In this document: piece by piece, positions 11,947 to 24,137 of the stretch
How positions within the stretch are numbered: the stretch's first letter is position 1
Layout of the letters: every line of letters begins with the position of its first letter
Assembly: GCA_030390025.1 (NCBI GenBank)
Contig: JASTWF010000088.1
Coordinates: forward strand, 248,001-312,000
Length of the DNA: 64,000 nucleotides
Origin: Squalus acanthias
Taxonomy: Eukaryota
Direction of reading: 5' to 3'
Notes under the pieces: generated by a model
Database searches by the model: none
Told to the model about the DNA's origin: nothing
What the model saw: the letters and a program-made list of their open reading frames with translations, nothing else
Program-made: the position numbers and the translations under genes

Positions 11947-12005
11947 CAAAGGCGCCATATAAATACAAGTCTCTTTTCTTTCGGTATTGGAGCAGTCAGG
12001 TTCTG

Positions 12006-12609
12006 CCTGGTAACAGCTGATGGTACCTGACCACTGGCTCTGATTGGAACCTTTCTGTCTAGTAATTAAGACAACGTTATCTTCGATCTTTGATTGGTCC
12101 ATTTCTGACCGATAATCGTTGAAGGTTGGTAACCGCTGGTAACAGGTGACGATAAATTTCCCGGTCCATGATTGGTTTCTCTCTGCCTAGCTCTGATTGG
12201 TCGCTCTCTGCCCAGCTCTAATTGGTCGTTAAAACAACAGAAAACGCTGGAATAAACAGATTTTTATCTGTTTCAACTCCTGCACCTTTCTCAGTTCTGA
12301 CGAAGGGTTTCGACCTGAACCGTTAACTCTCTTTCTCTCTCCACGGATGCTGCCTGGCCTGCTGAGTTTTTCCAGCGTTTTCTGTTGTTATTTCGGATTT
12401 CCAGCATCGGCAGTATTTTGCTATCTAATTGGTCGTTCTCTGTCCGGCTCTGATTGGTCGCTCGCTGCCTGGCTTTGATTGGTTCCACTCTGCCCGGCCC
12501 TGATTGGTCGCTCACTGCCCGGCCCTGATTGGTCGTTCGTTGCACTGCCGTATTTGGTAGCTCTTTGCCCGGTCCTGATTGGTCTCTCGCTGCCCGCTCC
12601 CTATTTAAA
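12006..12609 (+). promoter_or_regulatory. MHC class II promoter: two X-Y modules, an array of Y-box (ATTGG) repeats and a TATA-like motif
   Basis: X1 CCTGGTAACAGCTG (12006-12019) + 20 nt + CTGATTGG (12040-12047). X1 GCTGGTAACAGGTG (12135-12148) + 19 nt + ATGATTGG (12168-12175). Further (C/T)T(G/A)ATTGG motifs to about 12582. TATTTAAA at 12602. Confidence 0.8.
12231..12423 (+). mobile_element. Short Penelope-like insertion with degenerate hammerhead motif, inside the promoter
   Basis: CTGACGAAGGGTTTCGACCTGAACCGTT; inverted leading segment; flanking 14-bp direct repeat TCTAATTGGTCGTT; homologous to about 51780-51900. Confidence 0.75.
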
Positions 12610-12666
12610 GGCCGCTCTCTCTGTATCTACATTTGTGCTCCCGCCCTGTGCTTGAATCATTCCGCA

Positions 12667-12769
12667 ATGTCCCCGCTCCGGGCTGCTGATCCCCGCTCAC
12701 TCTGGATCAGGATCCCGCTCATTATCTGCAGCGCGCTCCTCTTCAATGGAGAGAGGGACACCGGGGCCG
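12667..12769 (+). CDS. MHC class II beta exon 1 (leader)
   Basis: MSPLRAADPRSLWIRIPLIICSALLFNGERDTGA, phase-1 donor G|GTAAGT. Confidence 0.88.
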
Positions 12770-12782
12770 GTAAGTACCGTCC

Positions 12783-14435
12783 GACCGCAGTTAGACCGGC
12801 TCCGGGGGAGGGAGAGAGACCGGAGTTAGACCGGCTCCAGGGGAGGGAGAGAGACCGGAGTTAGACCGGCTCCGGGGGAGGGAGGGAGCCCGGAGTTAGA
12901 CCGGCTCCGGGGGAGGGAGAGAGACCGGAGTTAGACCGGCTCCGAGGGAGGGAGAGACCGGAGTTAGACCGGCTCCGGGGGAGGGAGAGACCGGAGTTAG
13001 ACCGGCTCCGGGGGAGGGAGAGAGCCCGGAGTTAGACCGGCTCCGGGGGAGGGAGAGAGACCGGAGTTAGACCGGCTCCGGGGGAGGGAGAGAGAGACCG
13101 GAGTTAGACCGGCTCCGAGGGAGGGAGAGACCGGAGTTAGACCGGCTCCGGGGGAGGGAGAGACCGGAGTTAGACCGGCTCCGGGGGAGGGAGAGAGACC
13201 GGAGTTAGACCGGCTCCGCGGGAGGGAGAGACCGGAGTTAGACCGGCTCCGGGGGAGGGAGAGAGACCGGAGTTAGACCGGCTCCGGGGGAGGGAGAGAG
13301 ACCGGAGTTAGACCGGCTCCGGGGGAGGGAGAGAGACCGGAGTTAGACCGGCTCCGCGGGAGGGAGAGACCGGAGTTAGACCGGCTCCGGGGGAGGGAGA
13401 GAGACCGGAGTTAGACCGGCTCCGAGGGAGGGAGAGACCGGAGTTAGACCGGCTCCGGGGGAGGGAGGGAGAGACCGGAGTTAGACCGGCTCCGGGGGAG
13501 GGAGGGAGACCGACCGGAGTTAGACCGGCTCCGGGGGAGGGAGGGAGACCGACCGGAGTTAGACCGGCTCCGGGGGAGGGAGGGAGACCGACCGGAGTTA
13601 GACCGGCTCCGGGGGAGGGAGGGAGAGAGACCGGAGTTAGACCGGCTCCGGGGGAGGGCGAGGGAGAGAGAGAGACCGGAGTTAGACCGGCTCCGGGGGA
13701 GGGCGAGGGAGAGAGAGAGACCGGAGTTAGACCGGCTCCGGGGGAGGGCGAGGGAGAGAGACCGGAGTTAGACCGGCTCCGGGGGAGGGAGGGAGAGAGA
13801 GAGACCGGAGTTAGACCGGCTCCGGGGGAGGGAGGGAGAGACCGGAGTTAGACCGGCTCCGGGGGGGGAGAGACAGAGACCGGAGTTAGACCGGCTCCGG
13901 GGGAGGGAGGGAGAGAGACCGGAGTTAGACCGGCTCCGGGGGAGGGCGAGGGAGAGAGAGAGACCGGAGTTAGACCGGCTCCGGGGGAGGGAGGGAGAGA
14001 CCGGAGTTAGACCGGCTCCGGGGGAGGGAGGGAGAGACCGGAGTTAGACCGGCTCCGAGGGAGAGAGAGAGAGACCGGAGTTAGACCGGCTCCGAGGGAG
14101 GGAGAGACCGGAGTTAGACCGGCTCCGGGGGAGGGAGGGCGAGACCGGAGTTAGACCGGCTCCGGGGGAGGGAGGGCGAGACCGGAGTTAGACCGGCTCC
14201 GGGGGAGGGAGGGCGAGACCGGAGTTAGACCGGCTCCGGGGGAGGGAGGGCGAGACCGGAGTTAGACCGGCTCCGGGGGAGGGAGGGCGAGACCGGAGTT
14301 AGACCGGCTCCGGGGGAGGGAGGGCGAGACCGGAGTTAGACCGGCTCCGGGGGAGGGAGGGCGAGACCGGAGTTAGACCGGCTCCGGGGGAGGGAGGGCG
14401 AGACCGGAGTTAGACCGGCTCCGGGGGCGGGAGGG
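12783..14435. repeat. G-rich minisatellite, about 33-40 bp unit (GACCGGAGTTAGACCGGCTCCGGGGGAGGGAGA), roughly 45-50 copies
   Basis: Directly visible; starts just after the exon 1 donor. Confidence 0.97.
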
Positions 14436-14989
14436 AGGCCGTTGTCTATACGGTCCACTAAGCTCACCATTTTCTATTACCATAGATGTCAATTACAAAG
14501 GCGTCACTTGTAATGTGCGCTGGATATTTCGGGCAGATTCAGCTGATCAATCAGCAGTTCACATCTCGTTAAAGTGCGATTACCTTGAATACTCAATCCC
14601 CGCTACATAGTGTTAGTTTGTACTATCAACACTTTTTACAAGTATGTCTTAAAGTTTGAAGCTGTGTACGCTCTAGTTTACTTTGTTCACTGGCTTGGTA
14701 GCATTATGAATGAGTTTGATGTTTGAAGTTTTGTGATTTAAGTTTTTTTGTTTCGTAAACGAGGTCTTCAACACATCCTACGTATAGATGTGACTTTCTT
14801 ACTTTTTTAAATAGAATGTTAAAGTTGCACAGGATCTGAACTGATTTGACTAATTTCCAGGCCTTGGAGCCAGTCTGATTCCTGCAGTTTGAAGCTGATC
14901 TTAGGCAAGAACTCGAGGGATAGTAATGTGTAGTTCGGTGATGTGAAGGCATTGAGTTGGTTTCTGTATTTCCTCATGCAGCCAACTAG

Positions 14990-15380
14990 GGGTACTGTAG
15001 CATAGTGGTTATGGACTAGTAATCCAGAGGTTTGGATTAATGATCCAGGAACAGATTTCAAATCCCACCATGGCAGCTGTGGAATTTAAATTCAGTTAAT
15101 TAAATAAATCTGGAATTTTAAAAAATTAGCAATGATTACTATGAAGCTACCAGATTGTTATTAAAAACCCATCTGGTTCACTAATGTCCTTTTTTAGGGA
15201 AGGAAATCTGTCGTCCTTACCCTGCCTGGCCTATATGTGACTCCAGACCCACAGCAATGTGGTTGACTCTTACCTGCCTTCTGAAATGGCAGCTCACCAC
15301 CACTTTCTCGAGGACAATTAGGGATGAGCAATAAATGCTGGCCTTGCCAGTGATGCCCACATCCAATGAATGGAAAAAAA
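14990..15380 (+). mobile_element. tRNA-derived SINE whose tail is shared with the LINE 3' end at 45736-45830
   Basis: tRNA-like head (TAGCATAGTGG...TTCAAATCCC); tail TAAATGCTGGCCTTGCCAG.GATGCCCACATCC. Confidence 0.7.
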
Positions 15381-18300
15381 ACTGCCATTCTTTTGAGGAG
15401 AATGGTTATTTGATTCAGTAATGTCAGGTTACCTACTAACCTCATGACTGCGAGTATTGTATTATACCCCAGCCTCACTACAGTGCTGTTGGTTGAACTT
15501 GTTTGTACTTTAAAGTTTCTCACACTAAGATCTCACCAGCCTTTCTTTGATCTGACCTTGCTTCTGAATGGAGCTCTTCATTTAAATTGTTTTTGCTCAC
15601 CGTCTCATTCCAAGGTGCCTCTTAGCTTTTACCTGGAGGAGACAAGGTGAACTTCCTCAGCTTTTGCTTTCCCAGTGTAACTTTGGGAATCCCATTTCCA
15701 TGTGTAAATGGGATTTGCCTTAAATTTCTTTTTGAAGTTACGATTGCAGACCAGGAGAAACCCAAGGAAATTCCTGGTGCAAGTGTGCAGCATCAAACTA
15801 CACATCATGGTGCTTGGGGAAACAACCTTCTCCTGGTAGAGCTGCTCAATAATGAAGCCCATACCTACAGTGGGTGTTGTAAGGAGCCTTGTTGTGGGTG
15901 GGGGAAATTGAGCACACTGACCTACATGGCTGATGTAAAGCATGTCACATTCATGATTGTTGAACTTCTAACAAGCCAAATACTGAGATGGAATTCCATG
16001 ATCAGTGCATAATAAATGAAGAATTCATGAGTGGATGTCAAGTACAGATGCAATGATACCTGTGGTGGTATGTGCACATCCATCAAGACCCATGGGCTTA
16101 TCACCACATCTGCTTCAATAGAGGCTGATGTGGAGATGCCCCATCTGTTCCAAGCTCACCTGCTGAGAACTTCTATAACCAGTTGTTTATCTGAAATACC
16201 TTTTTTGCTTTCCTTGCTCTCAAACTATTCTTTGTAATAGAAGGGGAATGAAGGACTTGGGGCAGATTTAAGGAGGGAGCACTGACTCTTATTGAATTCC
16301 ATTTTTGATGCACAGCTCTGAAGCCAGTCTGCAGGGTGAATGAACAACTGTACTCCATGTAGAGATGTTAAACCAAAGCCCCATCTACCCCCCTCAGTGG
16401 ACATAATAGATCAGTGCTTTGGGACATCTGAGGTCATGCAAATTCCCTTGTAAAATGTAACAGTTGGAGCCCAAGTGTTCCATAGCATTGAGACTGGGTT
16501 TGGTCCCTTTGTCCTTTACTTTCCCTGCAGATGTCTGTACCAGTTGTGAAAACCATGACTCCCTGTTGAAGGTGCACTCCTGCATACAGCCCTTGAGTGT
16601 GTTTATGAATTCCCCTGAAGGCAAACCTAGTAGGGTACCAATCCTTGGCCCATATGGTGCAGGAGCACTTGCCAGCTGCTTGCTGTTTTGCTCCTCCTCA
16701 AACTCACTGTCTAAATCCTCTCCCCTCCACCCCGAAGCTTGGATCTGTGCCATTGGAGTGTGTGACAAACCTGCTTGGAAGTGCTGAGTTCTTGAATGCC
16801 ACCACCTCCCCTTGGAATGTGTTCAGGAGGGGATGCCTGCAAAGAGAATCATAGAATGATACAGTACAGAAGGTCATTTGGCCCACTGCCTGTGCTGGCT
16901 CTCTGGTAGAGCTAGCCAATTAATCCCACTCCCTTGCTCTTTCCCCATAGCCCTGTAACTTGTTTTCCTTCAAGATAAATATCTAATTCCTTTTTTTAAA
17001 GTTGCTATTGAATCTGCTTCCACCACCTTTAGGCAGTGCATTCCAGATCACACCTTGCTGTGTAATTTTTTTCCCCTTGTCACCTGATTCTTTGCCAATC
17101 ACCATAAACCTGTGTCCTCTGGTTACTGACCCTTCTGCCACTGGAAACAGTTACTCCTTCGTTTCTCCTTAGTTACTCTATCAAAACTGTTTAACAAATT
17201 AGGTTTGTACAGTCTGAGAACGTGCAGTGTACCTAGCTTCCCCAGGGTGCATCAGCAAGCTGCATGGATGCAATATTTTTCTTCCAAGTTCAACTTTCTG
17301 TTCAGTTGCTTTCCTTTATTTGTTTTTGAAGGCAAATTTGATGCAGTGGCTGCTAAGTACCTGTCTTCTGATACTTAATCTTTAGAGGGATGGCTGCAAT
17401 GTGAATTTGAGGAAGCTGCCTTCAGCCCCTTCCACTACCATGTCCTCTATGCTGGATGTCCCATCTGGATACACTGATCTGTATGACACACTGCAGGGTG
17501 TCTCTGGTATGGGTGAAGCTGGTAGTCACTGGCCTTCCAAACAATTACTAATTTCTGTCCAATTTGGCAATGACTGACTTGTGTAACTGGATGACCCAAG
17601 ATGTCAAGGTAATTATCAATGAGGCCATTCAGCCCATCTTAACTCAGCCATCCATTCCCCATTGCAGCATCTAATTGTTTCCTCAATGGCTTTTTTGCCA
17701 TCACCATTTTAGCTAAGTTTATTTCATAAATTGATCGCTTTGTGTGAATTTCCTGATGCTTGGTTTTTTTACTTGTCCTCTAGTTCTATTTAGTTTAATT
17801 TAATATTCCAGGTTAACTTTTTTCCTCCCATTCCCTTAATCTTTTATAGCCCTGAGTATTTTAAACCAACACTCGACACAAGGTTTTAGATCGATAGTCG
17901 AGGTGTCTTTATTACACCGGTGGGGAGACAGTCTGCTCTGTCTTTAGCCAGACTTCTCCAAATTGTTACAGCAAACACTACATTCTTGTACATTAAAATA
18001 CACATGGCCATCTCATGCACAATTCATTCCTGCCACCTGATTGGATCTTGGCCCGCATGCACCTTCATGGATTGGTTACGAATCTTAATGTAAACATGTG
18101 TAAGCTGCCTCCTCAATCAATCACTCAAACTGCTGAACGCTGATTAAAAGATACCTTGGAATGTGACCCAGATAATAAAGTTCTTACGGGCAGTTGAAAT
18201 GCTGGACATCCTGTCTCCACTTAATTGTTTTTAGTCTTCAAAGGTCAGTTATCTTGACCGCATAGTTATAGATGTGGCCTTTCATGTTAGCCCCTGTCTT

Positions 18301-18904
18301 TCTTTCACCATTCAGTGAAACTGCCAGCGATGTCATTTTAACTCTCTTCCTACTTCACCCTCTAAGATCACCTCTTGCATCTTCTCCTTTCCAGGCTGAA
18401 AATCCCAAGTCTTTCCTCAGAACTCAACCCCCTGACAGTGGATCAGCCTCATGGTTCCTCTTTGCAATGCCCCCAGCACATGACTGTCTCTTGTCTGTGC
18501 CAGAACTTGGGATTAAATCACAATTGTTCCAGGCCCAGCCTAGATCTTCTATAGGTTAGCAGAAACAGGTTTAAACATATTCGCCCAGATCTTGCTGGAG
18601 TGGTGCATCTGAGTGCCCCATTAGACTTTTTCCTGCATTCTTCAGCTCAATTTTTTTGTGCTGCAAATTGTTGGAAGTGCGAGCTAATATCTGGGTGGTG
18701 AGAGCATGGTGCATGGGCTCTCTCTGAATAGCGGGACTAACAGTCTATCTCCTTAACCGATTGACATTTAAGGAGTGAAAGAGATGGGGTGAATTAGTCC
18801 CATTCCAGAGACTTGAGCACAAAAATCTAGGCTGACACTCCAGTATAGTGCTGAGGGAGTGCTGCACTGTCGAGGTGCCATCTTTCAGATGAGGGCTTTG
18901 TGTG

Positions 18905-20987
18905 TTGTGGGTTTGGCGGGGGGCTCAGTGTCATGGGTTTGGCGCGGGGGGGGTGGGCTCAGTGTCATGGGTTTGGCGCGAGGGGGGGTGCGCTCTGTCA
19001 TGGGTTTGGCGCGGGGTGGGGGTGGCTCAGTGTCCTGTGTGCGGGGGGGGGGCTCAGTGTCCTGTGTGTGTGTGGGGGGGTTCAGTGTCCTGTGTGTGTG
19101 GGGGGGTTCAGTGTCCTGTGTGTGTGGGGGGGCTCAGTGTCCTGTGTGTGTGGGGGGGCTCAGTGTCCTGTGTGTGTGGGGGGGCTCAGTGTCCTGTGTG
19201 TGTGGGGGGGCTCAGTGTCCTGTGTGTGTGGGGGGGTGGGGCTCAGTGTCCTGTGTGTGTGGGGGGGGGGCTCAGTGTCCTGTGTGTGGGGGGGGGGGGG
19301 CTCAGTGTCCTGTGTGTGTGGGGGGGGGGGGCTCAGTGTCCTGTGTGTGTGGGGGGGGGGGCTCAGTGTCCTGTGTGTGTGGGGGGGGGGGGCTCAGTGT
19401 CCTGTGTGTGTGGGGGGGGGGGGCTCAGTGTCCTGTGTGTGTGTGGGGGGGGGGGGGGGCTCAGTGTCCTGTGTGTGTGTGGGGGGGGGGGGGGGGGGCT
19501 CAGTGTCCTGTGTGTGTGGGGGGGGGGGCTCAGTGTCCTGTGTGTGTGGGGGGGGGGGGGGCTCAGTGTCCTGTGTGTGGTGGGGGGGGGGGCTCAGTGT
19601 CCTGTGTGTGGGGGGGGCGGGGGGGCTCAGTGTCCTGTGTGTGGGGGGGGGAGGGGCTCAGTGTCCTGTGGTGGGGGGGGGGCTCAGTGTCCTGTGAGTG
19701 GGGGGGGGCCTCAGTGTCCTGTGTGTGTGGGGGGGTGTGGCTCAGTGTCCTGTGTGTGTGTGGGGGGGGGCTCAGTGTCCTGTGTGTGTGTGGGGGGGGG
19801 GGCTCAGTGTCCTGTGTGTGTGTGTGGGGGGGGCTCAGTGTCCTGTGTGGGGGGGGGGTGGGGGGCTCGGTGTCCTGTGCGTGTGTGTGGGGGGGGGTGG
19901 GGGGGCTCGGTGTCCTGTGTGTGTGTGTGGGGGGGGGGGGGGGGGGGCTCAGTGTCCTGTGTGTGTGGGGGGGGGGGCTCAGTGTCCTGTGTGTGGGGGG
20001 GGGGGGGGGGCTCAGTGTCCTGTGTGGGGGGGGGGGTGNNNNNNNNNNNNNNNNNNNNNNNNNNNNNNNNNNNNNNNNNNNNNNNNNNNNNNNNNNNNNN
20101 NNNNNNNNNNNNNNNNNNNNNNNNNNNNNNNNNNNNNNNNNNNNNNNNNNNNNNNNNNNNNNNNNNNNNNNTGTGGGGGGGGGGCTCAGTGTCCTGTGTG
20201 TGGGGGGGGGGGGGGCTCAGTGTCCTGTGTGTGTGGGGGGGGGGGGCTCAGTGTCCTGTGTGTGGGGGGGGGAGGGGCTCAGTGTCCTGTGGTGGGGGGG
20301 GGGGCTCAGTGTCCTGTGAGTGGGGGGGGGCCTCAGTGTCCTGTGTGTGTGGGGGGGTGTGGCTCAGTGTCCTGTGTGTGTGGGGGGGGGGGGGGGCTCA
20401 GTGTCCTGTGTGTGTGTGGGGGGGGGGGGGGGCTCAGTGTCCTGTGTGTGTGTGTGGGGGGGGCTCAGTGTCCTGTGTGTGGGGGGGGGGGGGGCTCAGT
20501 GTCCTGTGTGGGGGGGGGGGTGGGGGGCTCAGTGTCCTGTGTGGGGGGGGGGGGTGGGGGGCTCAGTGTCCTGTGTGGGGGGGGGGGTGGGGGGCTCGGT
20601 GTCGTGTGTGGGGGGGGGGGGGGTGGGGGGCTCGGTGTCCTGTGCGTGTGTGTGGGGGGGGGTGGGGGGGCTCAGTGTCCTGTGTGTGTGGGGGGGGGGG
20701 GGGGCTCAGTGTCCTGTGTGTGTGTGGGGGGGGGGGGGGGCTCAGTGTCCTGTGTGTGTGTGTGGGGGGGGCTCAGTGTCCTGTGTGTGGGGGGGGGGGG
20801 GGGCTCAGTGTCCTGTGTGGGGGGGGGGGTGGGGGGCTCAGTGTCCTGTGTGGGGGGGGGGGTGGGGGGCTCAGTGTCCTGTGTGGGGGGGGGGGTGGGG
20901 GGCTCGGTGTCGTGTGTGGGGGGGGGGGGGGTGGGGGGCTCGGTGTCCTGTGCGTGTGTGTGGGGGGGGGGTGGGGGGGCTCGGTGT

Positions 20988-21027
<40 letters not shown>

Positions 21028-21700
21028 GGGGGGGGGGGGCTCTGTGTCCTGTGTGTGTGGGGGGGGGCTCAGTGTCCTGTGTGTGTGGGTGGGGTGGGGG
21101 GCTCGGTGTCCTGTGTGTGGGGGGGGGGGCTNNNNNNNNNNNNNNNNNNNNNNNNNNNNNNNNNNNNNNNNNNNNNNNNNNNNNNNNNNNNNNNNNNNNN
21201 NNNNNNNNNNNNNNNNNNNNNNNNNNNNNNNNNNNNNNNNNNNNNNNNNNNNNNNNNNNNNNGTGTGGGGGGGGGAGGGGCTCAGTGTCCTGTGGTGGGG
21301 GGGGGGGCTCAGTGTCCTGTGAGTGGGGGGGGGCCTCAGTGTCCTGTGTGTGTGGGGGGGTGTGGCTCAGTGTCCTGTGTGTGGGGGGGGGGGGCTCGGT
21401 GTCCTGTGTGTGGGGGGGGGGGGGCTCGGTGTCCTGTGAGTGGGGGGGGGCCTCAGTGTCCTGTGTGTGTGGGGTGGGGGGCTCGGTGTCCTGTGTGTGG
21501 GGGGGGGGGGCNNNNNNNNNNNNNNNNNNNNNNNNNNNNNNNNNNNNNNNNNNNNNNNNNNNNNNNNNNNNNNNNNNNNNNNNNNNNNNNNNNNNNNNNN
21601 NNNNNNNNNNNNNNNNNNNNNNNNNNNNNNNNNNNNNNNNNNNNNNNNNNNNNNNNNNNNNNTGTGAGGGGGGGGGCTCAGTGTCCTGTGTGTGTGCTTG
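18905..21700. repeat. G/T-rich minisatellite (CTCAGTGTCCTGTGTGTG(G)n) with three assembly gaps
   Basis: Directly visible; N-runs at about 20039-20171, 21132-21262 and 21512-21662. Confidence 0.97.
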
Positions 21701-21760
21701 GGGGTGTGGTTTATGCGGTAGTTTACGGACCCCCCCTCTCTCTCTCTCTCTCTCTCTCAG

Positions 21761-22024
21761 GGGCTCACTCCGAGATTGAGATTTTCGGATGTGAGTTTAA
21801 CAGCACCGGGGACTGGATCTACACTTACCAGTATGTCTATGACCAAGAACTGATCTCGTACTACGACTATAAGCGGAAGAAGTTCATCGTGGTGAAGGAC
21901 TGGATGAAGGGGAATGTCGACAGATGGAACGCAGGCGGCGATGCGGAAGCGCAGTACCAGTCCGGGACCACTTTCTGTGAGACCAACATTCCGGTCATTT
22001 CCGAATACGTGCTGCCCCGGCAAG
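21761..22024 (+). CDS. MHC class II beta exon 2 (beta-1 peptide-binding domain)
   Basis: (G)AHSEIEIFGCEFNSTGDW...YDQELISYYDY...DRWN...FCETNIP...LPRQ. 264 nt, AG/GT, phase 1-1, Cys pair and NST glycosylation site. Confidence 0.95.
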
Positions 22025-23770
22025 GTGAGCCCCGGGGGTGGGGGCGGGGGAGGTCCGACTGCCGTCACCTGCGGTACCCGGGACAGCCCGGGGTGGGTGG
22101 GGGGTCCGAGAGTTTAAACACACCCGCCCAGGGCACCCGCTCACCAAGGCGCCCCCCGCCCCGCCCTCGACCCCACCCCGGGCTCCCGGCCCGCACTGAC
22201 CCCCGGCACGGACCCGACCCGAAACTCCGGGTCGAAACCCCGGGCCCAGGCCCACTAGTTCACTAATTGGCCATTCAGAATATCAATGTACAACTAAACA
22301 TCAGCCCTGAATGAAGACCAATGATCAGGCTGTTGCTTCAAGGTGTCCCAAGTTAACCAATGCAATAAAAAGTAGTTTAAGCTCTGTGGGGGCACATGCA
22401 GTTTTTCTGGCCAATTTGAAACCCAATGGCCTGACATGACATGAACTCCCAAGATTGCAGCTGTAGCCAATATTCCATCAGTTGTTATTGGAAAGAGTGA
22501 AGGACACAAATCGACACATTTGAGAATTTGGGAAGCAGGAAATGAGCTCGGGTGCAAAATTTATTTCCTCAGGCATCCCCCTCCCACCCCTAGGAAATAG
22601 AGATTTTTGCCATTGGTGCATTTTGAAGTGATTTGACCTTGTTTGTTTTACATTATATGACTGTACTGTTCTCTCAAAGGATGACGTCAGCTGCCACCTT
22701 GTAAGCATATAGGTGAAACAATACTCTGGCGCACAATCGAGCTTAAACTAGCAATTTTTAAATGGCTGACAAAAATAAACATCACCCTTCATGTAACTGC
22801 AGAAATACCAGTTGCTCTTATCTATTCCAGTGTTTAAACTACTTTGAGCTCTGCCTACCCCCCAAAAAAACTTGTCTTCACACGTCACCACGCAACTGCT
22901 GGGATGGCCAGCCATTGCCCTCAAACCCCTCCCTGCCAGAAGAGGTCACTGCAAAAGACTGACCAAAATCACATACCCAACCATTGCCATGCCACTCTAT
23001 GCTACAAGTACAGCCACATTAAAGTGTTACCGCTTCACACCTACTGTACTAAAAGGAGCGAGTAAAAGCTTTTCTATATCTCTGCATAATCAGGACTCCA
23101 ACACAATCTCATGTTCATGTATTACAGCAGTTTGCTACAAATCCAATATAGCCCATCAAAAATGGACACTGCAAGACCATAGTCTCCAATTATCTTTTAA
23201 CCATAAATTTCATAACATTTAATACCAAATTTGCTATATTTTAAAGAATACAGTTTAAATCAGAACTTGTTTGCTAAATTTTAGAATTTAGATACTTTAA
23301 ATATTTTTGTTCTTTGCTTTTTGCTAGCAAAATAGCTCTGTGCGGTTCCATTCCACTTAATCCCAGCACCTGCCCTGCCCCACCCTGCTACACATTAATG
23401 TTGTGTTGTTACTGATGGAGTTCTTGGTTGTTGGCCTCTCTTTTTGGGCTGGGCTGGGTTTTTTTTTAAACTTGTTGCAATCCCTTTTCAATGAACTGGA
23501 ACAAGGCTTCCAGGAGTGAGTCAGGGAAGTTTCAAATCTAACTGAACTGACAGCACTCTGCCCCTGCAGATAGTGGGCCAGGGAGCAACAAAAGAATCTG
23601 GTTAATGTTTAATGAGTTGCACTGTGGTCAACATTCCACTTCAGTCTTTCCCTCACCCCAGAAGTGATTTTTGCATATAAATTTTGTGATGTGCTCTGGA
23701 CTGTGGTAGCACTGAAATGATGTTAACCCAGTGTTTCTAAAGTTAACTCTCTATGCATTTTCTGTTCCAG

Positions 23771-24051
23771 TCAAACCACAGGTGACTATCCGGTCGAAAG
23801 CATCTGCATATTCCGGACCCTCTGCCATACTCATTTGTTACGCCGTTGGGTTTTACCCTGCAAAGATTACTGTCACTTGGCTGAAAAATGGACAGAGTGT
23901 TTCAGACGCAGATGTCACGTTGAGCTGTTGTCAAATGGTGACTGGACCTATCAGGTTCGCCAGTACCTCCAGTATCACCCGGTGTATGGGGATAAATATA
24001 GCTGTCGTGTGGAGCACAGCAGCGTGACCGGGTCAATAAGTGAGGACTGGG
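23771..24051 (+). CDS. MHC class II beta exon 3 (Ig C1 beta-2 domain) with a 1-nt deletion near 23918
   Basis: VKPQVTI...LICYAVGFYPAKITVTWLKNG...DVT / VELLSNGDWTYQ...YSCRVEHSS...DW. The exon is 281 nt; 282 would keep frame. Confidence 0.93.
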
Positions 24052-24137
24052 GTAAGAGATGTTACACAACCTAGTACAGCTTTGGAATGGGTACAGGGAC
24101 TTTACACTGCAGGTGTAGTGCCCAGAATTGGACACAC

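Noticed and set aside
12783-14435. CRISPR-like appearance (constant unit with variable linker)
   Set aside because: The linkers are only G/GA length variants, there are no unique spacers or cas genes, and the context is a vertebrate intron.
18859-21779. Long Gly/Cys/Val-rich ORFs (486-806 aa)
   Set aside because: Translations of a stop-free minisatellite that span N gaps; only 21761-22024 is a real exon.
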